A DNA stretch of 64,000 bases from NCBI RefSeq assembly GCF_947487605.1, contig NZ_CANKXK010000011.1, positions 47,759-111,758 on the forward strand, read 5' to 3'. The number at the start of each line of letters is the position of its first letter. Position 1 is the stretch's first letter. The notes beneath the pieces were generated by a model. That model was given only the letters and a program-made list of their open reading frames with translations. It was not told the DNA's origin and searched no databases. Shown piece after piece: positions 18,143-28,105 of this stretch. The stretch comes from an uncultured Algibacter sp. (lineage in GTDB: Bacteria; Bacteroidota; Bacteroidia; Flavobacteriales; Flavobacteriaceae). Position numbers and translations under genes: made by a program.

Positions 18143-18259
18143 TATTTAATTAAGATTTGATAAACATTAAAACTATTACTGATAAACATATAACAATAAT
18201 TATGCTAAAATAGTATTTTTTGAAAATTAATGACATTTCCATAAAAGCAAACCATATTC

Positions 18260-18290
18260 TGTGACTAATTTCTTTTCTTGTGTCTCAATT
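18260..18290 (+). promoter_or_regulatory. tandem TGTGACTAATT - N6 - CTTGTGTCTCA motif, copy B (upstream of the DUF4197 gene)
   Basis: See copy A. Lies about 135 nt upstream of the ATG at 18424. Confidence 0.45.
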
Positions 18291-18392
18291 ATTAACACAT
18301 GAGGTTTATAATATATCGCATTTAAATTATACGATTAATTATTATTGAACTATAATAGCATCTACTTAATACAAAATCTAAACCATAACTCT

Positions 18393-18400
18393 TATATTTG
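18393..18400 (+). promoter_or_regulatory. -7 box candidate (TATATTTG) for the DUF4197 gene
   Basis: Exact TAnnTTTG match 24 nt upstream of the ATG. Confidence 0.35.
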
Positions 18401-18423
18401 TTAAATCCACAAAATCCAAAATC

Positions 18424-19134
18424 ATGATTCGAAAATTTTTAGCATTTTTCTTAATATTTAACCTTACTGCCTGCGCAGAATTACAAGAAGTTATTAATCA
18501 ATTACCTCAAGGAGGTACTATAGGAAATGCTGAAATAGCTTCTGGTTTAAGACAAGCCTTAGATTTTGGAATTGACAAACAAGTAACCAAACTCACACAA
18601 ACCGATGGTTTCTTTAAAAATGAATTGGTTAAAATTTTATTACCAGAAGAACTAAGAAAAGTTGATAAAGCACTTCGCGACATTGGACTTAGTAAATTAG
18701 CAGATGAGGGACTAAAAGTACTTAATAGAGCCGCTGAAGATGCTGTAAAAGAAGCAACACCTATTTTTATTGATGCCGTTAAGGGTATTACCTTTACAGA
18801 TGCAAAAAACATCTTGCTAGGTCAAGACAATGCTGCGACGCAATATTTAACTTCGAAAACCGAAGCAGCTTTATACGCTAAATTTAATCCTGTTATAAAA
18901 AACTCTTTTAACAAGGTTGGAGCTGATGATATTTGGAACAACCTAATTAGCAAGTACAATAATTTACCATTCACTTCAGATGTAAATCCAGACTTAACAG
19001 ATTATGTAACTGGTGAAGCTTTACAAGGTGTTTACACTATGATAGCTGTGGAAGAAAAAGAAATCCGTAATAAAATATCTTCTAGAACTACAGATTTATT
19101 GAGAAAGGTATTTGCTTTGCAGGACAGGAAGTAA
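18424..19134 (+). CDS. DUF4197 domain-containing lipoprotein
   Basis: 236 aa. Lipobox LTAC. GLRQALDFGI..QV..L...DGFFKNE.VKILLPEEL and NRAAEDAV blocks match my memory of DUF4197. Confidence 0.7.
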   Translation: MIRKFLAFFLIFNLTACAELQEVINQLPQGGTIGNAEIASGLRQALDFGIDKQVTKLTQTDGFFKNELVKILLPEELRKVDKALRDIGLSKLADEGLKVLNRAAEDAVKEATPIFIDAVKGITFTDAKNILLGQDNAATQYLTSKTEAALYAKFNPVIKNSFNKVGADDIWNNLISKYNNLPFTSDVNPDLTDYVTGEALQGVYTMIAVEEKEIRNKISSRTTDLLRKVFALQDRK

Positions 19135-19227
19135 AAGAAGATATTACTATCTAAGAAATTACTGCTATTTTCTTAATTTGCAATTTTTAAAATTAAATAG
19201 TTTCAATTTGTTGCAAAGAATAACAAA

Positions 19228-19746
19228 ATGAATAAAAATGAATTAAAGCAAATATTTGACACATATTACCAAGCGCTCGTATTATATGCTAATCGTTTTT
19301 TATTTACAAAAGACGAATGTGAGGATTTAGTTCAAGATGTTTTTGTTAGTCTTTGGGAAAAAGAAACCACATTTCCAAATGACTTATCTTTAAAAGCTTT
19401 CCTATATAAAACAGTGCGTAATAAATGCTACAATGTTATTAAGCATAACAAAGTAAAAAATAAATATGCCGAAAATATCGTACAGTCATTAGAAGATGAT
19501 AATTTATTTTTAAAACAAATTCTTGAAGAAGAAATTGTTCGCCAACTACATCAAGCCATAGAATTACTCCCCGCTAGAAAAAAAGAAATCATTAAGCTAA
19601 GTCTTAAAGGTCTAAAAAATGCTGAAATCTCCGAAGAACTTGGCATAAAACTACAAACGGTAAAAACGTTAAAATCCCAATCATATAAAATATTAAGAGA
19701 ACAGTTTCAGGAATTAAGCACAATTATTTACTTTTTATTAACTTAA
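19228..19746 (+). CDS. ECF-type RNA polymerase sigma-70 factor (Bacteroidota PUL-associated type)
   Basis: 172 aa. Region 2 (DLVQDVFVSLWEK) and region 4 HTH (LKNAEISEELGIKLQTVKT). Followed by a FecR gene. Confidence 0.88.
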   Translation: MNKNELKQIFDTYYQALVLYANRFLFTKDECEDLVQDVFVSLWEKETTFPNDLSLKAFLYKTVRNKCYNVIKHNKVKNKYAENIVQSLEDDNLFLKQILEEEIVRQLHQAIELLPARKKEIIKLSLKGLKNAEISEELGIKLQTVKTLKSQSYKILREQFQELSTIIYFLLT

Positions 19747-19978
19747 TTCATTGAAATTTTATTATAAATACTTTATTCGAAGTGTTTTTTAGTGACATGC
19801 AATGATAAACCCTTAAAAATCAATGCCATTCGTTATTCATTCAAAACGAATCAACATATATTTCATTGTGAATTTAGCAATTTATACTAGTGATTTTTTA
19901 TTATATCGCAAAAAAAACTAGTTTTAAATAGTACCTTATTAAAACTAAGTTGTTTTATAATTAAATACTTCAAATAGA

Positions 19979-21157
19979 ATGAACGATATTTTTCATATAT
20001 CAAAGCTATTAATTAAGAAAAAATTAAGGATTTTAACAGATTCTGGTAAATTACAATTAAAGAAATTTATCAAAGAATTTCCATTTACAAATGAAGTTAA
20101 AATTGAAGAATTAATAGATAAAATTGAATCTTATTCTACAATTAACAAAGCAGAGGCTTGGAAATCTATAGAGAAAAAATCTCAAAACAAGAAGTATACA
20201 CCTGTTTTTACACTAAGAAACAAAACGTGGTATAAATATGCTGCTGCAGCTATTATTGTTGGTGTCCTTACCACTACGTATTTCTTCAAAGATAATTCAT
20301 CAAACACACCTGTATCAAATACGCCAATAATAGTAAATTCAGATTCTAATACTATTAAACCAGGGACAGACAAAGCAACCTTAACACTAGAAGATGGCTC
20401 TCTTGTAACACTAGAAAAAGGAAATAATTATAAAACGCAAAACATAAATAGTAATGGAAAACAAATTGTTTACAAAGCGCCAGAAAAGGTTTCCTCTAAA
20501 ATTAAATACAACTACCTAACCATTCCAAGAGGTGGACAATTCTTCATCAAGTTGTCTGATGGTACTCAGGTATGGTTAAACTCAGAATCTCAACTAAAAT
20601 ATCCAGTAGCTTTTGCCGATGGTGTTGATCGTGTAGTTGAATTAGTCTATGGTGAAGCGTATTTTGATGTGTCTCCTAGTACGGAACATAAAGGCGCTAA
20701 GTTTAAAGTATTCAACCAATCTCAAGAAGTTGAAGTGCTAGGTACAGAGTTCAATATTAAAGCCTACAAAGATGAGACTAATATTTACACCACTTTAGTT
20801 GAAGGTAAAGTTCTAGTAAGTTCCGAAAATCAATATCAAAACTTAACACCCAACCAACAATCAAACCTTAATTTGTTAAAGAATAGTATAACAATCGCTA
20901 ATGTTGATGGATATGCAGAAACTTTATGGCGTAAAGGGATTTTTAGCTTTAAAGGGAAACCGCTAAAAGAAATTATGAAAGTTATATCTAGATGGTATGA
21001 TGTTGAAGTTATTTTTGAAAACAAAGAACATGAAGATTTAAAATTTAAGGGGGTTTTAGGAAAAAACCAAGACCTTCAAGAAATTCTTCAAACAATAAAA
21101 AGCTTAAGTATAATTAAAAACCACGAAGTGCATGACAAAATAATAATACTAAAATAA
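19979..21157 (+). CDS. FecR-family anti-sigma factor
   Basis: 392 aa. Single TM around residue 90, periplasmic FecR domain (LSDGTQVWLNSESQLKYP) and a C-terminal DUF4974-like region. Confidence 0.85.
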   Translation: MNDIFHISKLLIKKKLRILTDSGKLQLKKFIKEFPFTNEVKIEELIDKIESYSTINKAEAWKSIEKKSQNKKYTPVFTLRNKTWYKYAAAAIIVGVLTTTYFFKDNSSNTPVSNTPIIVNSDSNTIKPGTDKATLTLEDGSLVTLEKGNNYKTQNINSNGKQIVYKAPEKVSSKIKYNYLTIPRGGQFFIKLSDGTQVWLNSESQLKYPVAFADGVDRVVELVYGEAYFDVSPSTEHKGAKFKVFNQSQEVEVLGTEFNIKAYKDETNIYTTLVEGKVLVSSENQYQNLTPNQQSNLNLLKNSITIANVDGYAETLWRKGIFSFKGKPLKEIMKVISRWYDVEVIFENKEHEDLKFKGVLGKNQDLQEILQTIKSLSIIKNHEVHDKIIILK

Positions 21158-21162
21158 AAAAT

Positions 21163-21216
21163 AAAGGGAAAAAGAGTTTAGACCGTGGAAAGTATAAAAA
21201 CTCAATCCCCTTTTTT
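21163..21216 (+). terminator. imperfect hairpin plus T6 after fecR (possible terminator or insulator ahead of susC)
   Basis: AAAGGG/CCCTTT and GAGTTT/AAACTC helices with internal loops, then TTTTTT. Confidence 0.3.
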
Positions 21217-21267
21217 ATCGATTACCAATTAATTAAATGTTTAACCAACTAATAATTTATCAAATTT

Positions 21268-24200
21268 ATGAAAATTAAACTAAACTATGCCCTTTTTTGT
21301 ATAAGAAGGGAGTTACTAATTAACATGATGAGAACCTTTATCTTCTTGTGCTTTACGTTTGCCTTTAGCATTACACCAAGTAATATGTTATCTCAAAATG
21401 CGAAAATTAAAATTGAATCAAATAAAACATTAACCGTTGATGATGTTTTTGATTTAATTATGCAACAAACAGATTATAAGTTTATTTATCAAGAAGGAAT
21501 TTTTAAAAACTTCCCTAAGGTTGAAGTTAAAAAGGGAACTATTAAAGCAAATGAACTAATAAGAAAAAGTTTATCTAACGGCAATTTTGAAATAACCGTT
21601 GGAAAAGATAATACAGTAGTTGTAAAGGAGAAAATAATAAGTACTAAACCTGAGCAGCAACATCAAATAAAAGGAACAGTTGTTGATGAATCTGGACTAC
21701 CTCTACCTGGAGCCAATATTTTGGAGAAGGACACTACTAATGGTACTCAAACAGATTTTGATGGGAATTTTTCTTTGGAAGTGTCTAGTGAAAATGCCAT
21801 AATAGTAATTTCTTATATAGGGTATGAATCTCAACAAATCACTGTTTCTAACCAATCTACTTTTAATATAGTTCTACAACCTGATTTACTTGGTTTAAAC
21901 GAAATTGTAGTTATAGGTTATGGTTCAATGAAAAAAAGTGATTTAACCGGTGCTGTCTCTTCAGTATCTGGAGACGACTTACTAAAAGTAGCTTCAAACA
22001 GACCTGTAGAAGCTATTCAAGGAAGAGTAGCTGGTGTTTCTATTAACAAAACATCTGGACGCCCAGGAGCAGGCATGAAAGTAAGAATTCGTGGTGTTGG
22101 TAGTACAAATAACTCCGATCCTTTGTACGTAGTTGATGGTGTTCCAATTGGGAATGATATTGAGTTTTTAGCACCAGAAGATATTCAAAGCATTGAGATT
22201 CTTAAAGATGCATCTTCCACTGCAATTTATGGTAATAGAGGTGCAAATGGCGTCATTATTGTAACCACAAAATCAGGAAAATCTTCTAGTAAGCCTGTTT
22301 TTTCTTTTAACAGTTATTATGGTATTTCAGAAATTCCTAATAAGGTAGAATTATTAGATGCCACACAACAAGCTGGTTTAATTTTAGAAGCTGCAGCTAA
22401 TGATGGACAAACACTTCCATCTGGTTTAGAAAGTCGTATAAATTATGTTTTGGCAAATAATGCTAAAGGAACCGATTGGCAAAGTGAAGTATTTAGAGAA
22501 GCGCATCAACAAAATTATAACTTAAATATAAGAGGAGGAATTTCATCTGATGATGATTCTGGAAGAAAATTTTTATATGCATTAAGTGGTACTTTGTTTG
22601 ACGAAGATGGAACTGTAAAAAATACCGCATTTAAAAAATATATATTTAACACAAAAACAGAATATTATTTTAATGAAAAAGTAAATGCTGGAGTACAAAT
22701 TAATATTTTTAGAAGTGAACTAGGTAATTTCCCTCAAAGCATTTTTAATGGCCCTATACCATTAGCTTTAACTTCAAGTCCAATTGATAGCCCTAGAGGT
22801 GTAGATGGAGAGTTTATACCTATGTTAACTGCTTTTGGCAATAACCCATCTTTATTAGTTGACCACTTAAAATATGGTAACAACAAAACAAATTCTTATT
22901 TACTAAGAACATGGCTACAATTTGATATTCTTGACGGGCTTAATTTTAAAACAAATTATCAAATTTCAAACGGTGCAATTCACAATAAAAACTATAGTCC
23001 AGCATATTATTTAAATGAGAATTTTAATAGAGCAGAAAGCCAGTTATATGAACAGAGAGGCGATTTTTATAGTTGGACATGGGTTAACTTATTAAACTAT
23101 AATAAAACATTTAATGACGTTCATAAGGTTATAGCAACTTTGGGACATGAGTCTTCATATAACAGAAGTGGAGGTTTCAGTGGTGTTGGTATTAATGTAC
23201 CAAGTGAACCAGATTTACAGCATTTAAATTTATCTAAAACGTTTAATGAAAGAATAAATGCATATCAAGGACAAGGTGGTACAGAATCTTATTTTGCAAG
23301 AGCCTTCTATTCCTTTAACAATAAGTATATGTTTACTGGTACTGCTAGGTACGATGGTTCAAGTAAATTCTCAGGAGATAATAAATGGGGGTTCTTTCCA
23401 TCTTTTGGTGCCTCATGGAAAGCTGATGAAGAGTCTTTTATACAAGACCTTAATGTGTTTTCGGCTTTAAAGTTTAGAGTTGGTTGGGGACGAGTAGGAA
23501 ATGAATCTAGTGCTCAAGCAGGATCTGATGTTGCTAATATTGGAAACTATTCAATGCAATATGTATTTAATGATGTTCAATATCAAGGAGGTACTACAAC
23601 CAACATTCCAACCCCAGATTTAAAATGGGAGATTATTGAAACTCAAAACTTTGGTGTTGATATGGGCTTCTTAGATGGTGATTTAACCTTAACAGCAGAC
23701 TATTTTATTAGAGACACCAAGGATATGATTACGCGTGTGGCACTACCTGGATATTTTCCAAAAGACAGACCTAACGCTAATATAGGAACCATGAGTAACA
23801 AAGGTTTTGAATTTGCTGCAAATTACGGAGCCAAGTTAGGTGAGGTCAACTTTAGCGTTGGTGCAAACATAACCTTCATTGATAATGAAATAGTTAAGTT
23901 AAACTCAAATGATGATGCGTTTATTGATGGAGGGTTTATTGATAAATTAGGCTTTACAACAAGAACAGAATCTGGTAGAGAAATTGCTTATTTCTATGGA
24001 TACCAAACTGATGGAATTTTTAAGACTCAAGAAGAAGTTAATGCTTATGCTTCTATTCAGCCTGATGCAAAGGTAGGAGATGTTAGATTTGTTGATAATA
24101 GTGATAATGGAACAATTGATGCTGATGACAGAGTTTATTTAGGTTCTGGTCAATCTGATTTCTCATATGGATTTAATTTTAATGTTGAGTATAAAGGATT

Positions 24201-24675
24201 TGACTTATCTGGTAATTTCTTCGGTGTTCAAGGAGCAGAAATAGTTAATGGTTTAAATGTAAGGCTATTAGGTATTAGTGATTATTATAACTCCTATGCA
24301 GATAGAGTCAATCGTTTTCATCCAATAAATAATCCAACGGGCACACAACCAAGAGTAACCTTATCTGATGCTAATAATAATCTACGTTTTTCTGATAGAT
24401 ATGTAGAAGATGGATCTTTTTTAAGGCTAAAAAACTTACAGGTTGGTTACACTATACCTTCAAAATTTACTGAAAAATCAGGAATAGAGAAATTACGACT
24501 TTACGTATCTGGTCAAAACCTTTTAACATTCACGAAGTACAAAGGCTATGATCCTGAAGTAGGAGACTTAACTCAAGGAGCAAGCAATGACGTTAGAAGC
24601 CTTGGTATTGGAGTAGATCTAGGGAATTACCCTCAACCAAGATTATTCTATCTTGGAGTTAACCTTACATTTTAA
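21268..24675 (+). CDS. SusC/RagA-family TonB-dependent outer-membrane transporter with an N-terminal STN signalling domain
   Basis: 1135 aa. STN-like segment (LTVDDVFDLIMQQTDYKFIYQ), carboxypeptidase-regulatory-like domain (IKGTVVDESGLPLPGANI), plug (IQSIEILKDASSTAIYGNRGANGVIIVTTKSGK), terminal F. The true start is probably M20 at 21325. Confidence 0.92.
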   Translation: MKIKLNYALFCIRRELLINMMRTFIFLCFTFAFSITPSNMLSQNAKIKIESNKTLTVDDVFDLIMQQTDYKFIYQEGIFKNFPKVEVKKGTIKANELIRKSLSNGNFEITVGKDNTVVVKEKIISTKPEQQHQIKGTVVDESGLPLPGANILEKDTTNGTQTDFDGNFSLEVSSENAIIVISYIGYESQQITVSNQSTFNIVLQPDLLGLNEIVVIGYGSMKKSDLTGAVSSVSGDDLLKVASNRPVEAIQGRVAGVSINKTSGRPGAGMKVRIRGVGSTNNSDPLYVVDGVPIGNDIEFLAPEDIQSIEILKDASSTAIYGNRGANGVIIVTTKSGKSSSKPVFSFNSYYGISEIPNKVELLDATQQAGLILEAAANDGQTLPSGLESRINYVLANNAKGTDWQSEVFREAHQQNYNLNIRGGISSDDDSGRKFLYALSGTLFDEDGTVKNTAFKKYIFNTKTEYYFNEKVNAGVQINIFRSELGNFPQSIFNGPIPLALTSSPIDSPRGVDGEFIPMLTAFGNNPSLLVDHLKYGNNKTNSYLLRTWLQFDILDGLNFKTNYQISNGAIHNKNYSPAYYLNENFNRAESQLYEQRGDFYSWTWVNLLNYNKTFNDVHKVIATLGHESSYNRSGGFSGVGINVPSEPDLQHLNLSKTFNERINAYQGQGGTESYFARAFYSFNNKYMFTGTARYDGSSKFSGDNKWGFFPSFGASWKADEESFIQDLNVFSALKFRVGWGRVGNESSAQAGSDVANIGNYSMQYVFNDVQYQGGTTTNIPTPDLKWEIIETQNFGVDMGFLDGDLTLTADYFIRDTKDMITRVALPGYFPKDRPNANIGTMSNKGFEFAANYGAKLGEVNFSVGANITFIDNEIVKLNSNDDAFIDGGFIDKLGFTTRTESGREIAYFYGYQTDGIFKTQEEVNAYASIQPDAKVGDVRFVDNSDNGTIDADDRVYLGSGQSDFSYGFNFNVEYKGFDLSGNFFGVQGAEIVNGLNVRLLGISDYYNSYADRVNRFHPINNPTGTQPRVTLSDANNNLRFSDRYVEDGSFLRLKNLQVGYTIPSKFTEKSGIEKLRLYVSGQNLLTFTKYKGYDPEVGDLTQGASNDVRSLGIGVDLGNYPQPRLFYLGVNLTF

Positions 24676-24687
24676 AAACAATAAGTT

Positions 24688-26286
24688 ATGATAAAAGTAT
24701 TTAAAATATTGCTTCTATTAGCAGGAGCAATGGTTATATCTTCTTGTGAGAGTAACCTAACCGATTTAGAAAACATTGGAACACAAACAGCCGAAGTTTA
24801 TTTTAATGACCCAGATAATGCCTTGGCAGGACTAAATTCTGTTTATGCAGCCACTCAAGATGATCAATATTTTGTGTACGGTGATATACTATCTGATGAT
24901 AGTGTTAAAGGAGGAAGCTCTTTCTTTGACTGGGTAGATCGAGAATATCTAAGATCTTTTACCGCAAACTCTGGAAATGGAGTTTCAGGAGGAACATGGT
25001 CATTATTATATACTACTATAGTAAGAGCCAATGAAGTTATCAACTCTTTACCCGAGGCAACCTTTGATAGTGATTTAAAAGACAGAATAATTGGAGAAGC
25101 TAAGTTTTTAAGAGCCTACGCTTATTCTAAGTTGGTGCCTTTATTTGGAGGAGTTCCCTTAGTTACTGATAATTTTGAAGTAGATAATTTAACCGCACCA
25201 AGAAGTACTGAAGATGAAATATATGCTTTCATAAAACAAGATTTGGATGATGCAATTGCAAACCTACCTGAAAAAAGTGGTTATACGCTAGCAGATTTAG
25301 GTCGTGTTACCAAAGGGGCTGCAAGAATGTTAAAGGTTAGGGTTTTAATGCAAGAAACAGGGTATAGCTACAATTCTGTTTTATCAGCTTCAACAAATTA
25401 TGCAGTAGATGTAGCCGCAAACTGGAACGAAGTTTATAATCTTACAAATGATATTATTACCTCTGGAGAATATCAATTGGTTGATAATTTTGCTTCAATT
25501 TGGGAAGAAGAAGGAGAAAATAATATAGAGTCAATTTTTGAAATCCAACACAAACAAACTAATAATGAATGGGGCGAAAGTGTTGGAAACAAAACTATAG
25601 TTCAAATGGGTAATAGAGACGACTGGGGTTGGTGCTTTAATTTACCAACAGATGCTTTGTATAATACTTTTTCTAGTTCAGACCCAAGATTATTGTGCAC
25701 AATATACGGACAAGAATATGATATCTTATTTGGAGTTAAGCAAATTTGGGATAAACAAGTTTGGACCTTAACAGATGATAGTACTAAAGATGAAGTTAGC
25801 AACTGTAGATTAAATAGAAAATATGCACTTGCAAAAGAGGCTAGACATGGTAATCATAATAATCAAGATGTAAATAAAAGAGTTATACGTTATGCAGAAG
25901 TATTGTTAGCGCATGCTGAATCTGCTTACTATAAGGGGTTTGAAGGAGAAGCACGAGATTATGTAAATATGGTTAGAGATAGAGCTCAAAATTCAACCTT
26001 GCCATTAGGTTCAGCAGAAGGACAAACATCAAATTACACTTATGATACTTTAGCTGGCGCATCTGTTCCTCCAATAGTGAGTTCTGGTAATGCCTTACTA
26101 GAAGATATCTTAAAAGAACGCCGTCTAGAATTAGCAATGGAAGGTATTCGATATTTCGACATAATAAGAACTGGTAGAATCGATTTATTACCATACACAG
26201 ACAACTACCAATCACATGACGGTCTTTTACCACTACCTATTGGTGACGTAAACACTTTTGGATTGCCACAAAACAAAAACTATTAA
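24688..26286 (+). CDS. SusD/RagB-family nutrient-binding outer-membrane lipoprotein
   Basis: 532 aa. Lipobox ISSC. Immediately follows susC. TPR-like SusD blocks (RAYAYSKLV..FGGVPL, ERRLELAMEGIRYFD). Confidence 0.92.
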   Translation: MIKVFKILLLLAGAMVISSCESNLTDLENIGTQTAEVYFNDPDNALAGLNSVYAATQDDQYFVYGDILSDDSVKGGSSFFDWVDREYLRSFTANSGNGVSGGTWSLLYTTIVRANEVINSLPEATFDSDLKDRIIGEAKFLRAYAYSKLVPLFGGVPLVTDNFEVDNLTAPRSTEDEIYAFIKQDLDDAIANLPEKSGYTLADLGRVTKGAARMLKVRVLMQETGYSYNSVLSASTNYAVDVAANWNEVYNLTNDIITSGEYQLVDNFASIWEEEGENNIESIFEIQHKQTNNEWGESVGNKTIVQMGNRDDWGWCFNLPTDALYNTFSSSDPRLLCTIYGQEYDILFGVKQIWDKQVWTLTDDSTKDEVSNCRLNRKYALAKEARHGNHNNQDVNKRVIRYAEVLLAHAESAYYKGFEGEARDYVNMVRDRAQNSTLPLGSAEGQTSNYTYDTLAGASVPPIVSSGNALLEDILKERRLELAMEGIRYFDIIRTGRIDLLPYTDNYQSHDGLLPLPIGDVNTFGLPQNKNY

Positions 26287-26306
26287 AAATTTAACAAACT
26301 AATAAG

Positions 26307-27998
26307 ATGAATAAATATTTAAATTTTTCAACAATTATACTTTTAGTGTTGGTAAGCATCTTTGGTTGTCAAACAGATGATTCGACTTATGATGTAAACT
26401 GGCCAATCCCAACGATAACAAATGTAAGTAGCTATAATGATTTTTTATCAAGCACAATTACATTAACAGGTAATTTTACCAAAGTAAATAATATCACTTT
26501 TGGAGGCGTTCCAGGTGAGGATTTAGAAGTTGATAGCAATGGAACTTCGCTTAGCGTAAAAGTTCCAAGATCTATGCCTGTAGATGGCGGTGTTATTTTA
26601 GTAACTAATGAGTATTCACAAAGTTATGCAACAATAGAAAAGTTTGTTCCAATAATCCCTACTACTACGGTTGCAGAAGTTACCGATATACAGGTGGGGC
26701 TCACATTTACCGTTACAGGAGTAAATGTTGATTTATTAACAGAAGTAGCTGTTGATGGTGTTCCTGTTCCTGTTGTAGCTAAAACTACAGAATCCATAAT
26801 ATTATCCGTATCTGGATTAGACCTAAGAGCGGGTATGCTTGTTGATGTTTCGTTTACCAGTTTAGCTAAAAATGATATTCCTGTTGCTGAAAAAATTGAA
26901 GTAATCTATCCTTTTATTTCTTATAACGAAGTAGTTATCTGGGATTTTATGGATGGAACGCATCAGTACACAGGAGAAGGTACAGCATCTATTCAGAATG
27001 GTGACGTTTTAGGAGAAACAGCAAATTACTTTTCATTAAGAGCTCCTGGTTACGGATGGGATAAAACTACTGGCGAAATGATTTCTGATGATATTCCAGA
27101 TATTAGCAAGCTTGTAAACCCATACATTACATTTGCCATTAGAACACCCGCTGGAAGTGCTGGCTACTTTCAATTAGAAGATCAAAATAGCCATTGGAGA
27201 CATTTTGGTTACGGTTATGATACAGGAGGAGAATGGGTAATCATATCTTTACCACTTGAAGAAAGCTGGGAAGGTGGCGGAGATTTTAGTGCTGGGGCTT
27301 TTAAACCAAAATTAGGCTTTAAAGCTGGTAATGCTGGTGCTAATCAAGACGTTGATGTAGCTTTTGTAAAAATTACAGAAGGGCAGTATGACGGTAGTCA
27401 AGAAATAGGTGATGCATTAGTAGGTTCTACAAAACCAGCTAAACTAGTAGTAATGGATTTTGAAGACACCGAAAATTGGCCAAACATACTTAATGGTGGA
27501 AATCTTGTAGCATCTTTAGATTTGAGAAAAGATGAAATAGAACCGTTCTTTGGAAATGAGTTTTTTACTTACACAGATGATGGATCTCTTGGTGACTGGG
27601 GAGGTTACTGGGGACAAACAATTTCTAAAAGTATGGTAGATTCTCAACTTTCTGTTTTTGATGAGCCCTATTTATCCTTTGCATTAAATTGTATTGAGGG
27701 TAATGCGCAATATTTAATTGTAAGAATTTGGCAATATGACGAACAATTACAATTGATTCAAAAATTCTTCCCAGACTCAAACGGTAGTTGGGAGACTTTC
27801 CAATTTAGCTTATTTAACACAGACATGGAAAATTGGAGTGATGACAGCACACCACTAGGGGCGCATTACAAATCTTTAAAAAGATTAAATCGAGATGCAC
27901 CTATAGATAGAGTAGAACTTATTGTTAGTAGAAATTCTGGAAATACTGTTGGCTTAAGTATTGATGACCTTGTTATTACTGAAGGCCCAAGGTACTAG
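26307..27998 (+). CDS. PUL-encoded surface lipoprotein with IPT/TIG-like repeats and an uncharacterised C-terminal domain (SGBP candidate)
   Basis: 563 aa. Lipobox FGC. Two or three Ig-like modules (TITLTGNF....ITFGG ; LTFTVTGVN). It occupies the usual SGBP slot after susD. Confidence 0.65.
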   Translation: MNKYLNFSTIILLVLVSIFGCQTDDSTYDVNWPIPTITNVSSYNDFLSSTITLTGNFTKVNNITFGGVPGEDLEVDSNGTSLSVKVPRSMPVDGGVILVTNEYSQSYATIEKFVPIIPTTTVAEVTDIQVGLTFTVTGVNVDLLTEVAVDGVPVPVVAKTTESIILSVSGLDLRAGMLVDVSFTSLAKNDIPVAEKIEVIYPFISYNEVVIWDFMDGTHQYTGEGTASIQNGDVLGETANYFSLRAPGYGWDKTTGEMISDDIPDISKLVNPYITFAIRTPAGSAGYFQLEDQNSHWRHFGYGYDTGGEWVIISLPLEESWEGGGDFSAGAFKPKLGFKAGNAGANQDVDVAFVKITEGQYDGSQEIGDALVGSTKPAKLVVMDFEDTENWPNILNGGNLVASLDLRKDEIEPFFGNEFFTYTDDGSLGDWGGYWGQTISKSMVDSQLSVFDEPYLSFALNCIEGNAQYLIVRIWQYDEQLQLIQKFFPDSNGSWETFQFSLFNTDMENWSDDSTPLGAHYKSLKRLNRDAPIDRVELIVSRNSGNTVGLSIDDLVITEGPRY

Positions 27999-28105
27999 TA
28001 CAGAGTTTAAGTAGTTAGTTAGTTTAGTTTTTTTAGATAGGGCATTTATATAAATGCCCTATTCTAAAAAGTAACCAAAGAATCATTCCTTTTTTAATTA
28101 CCGTT

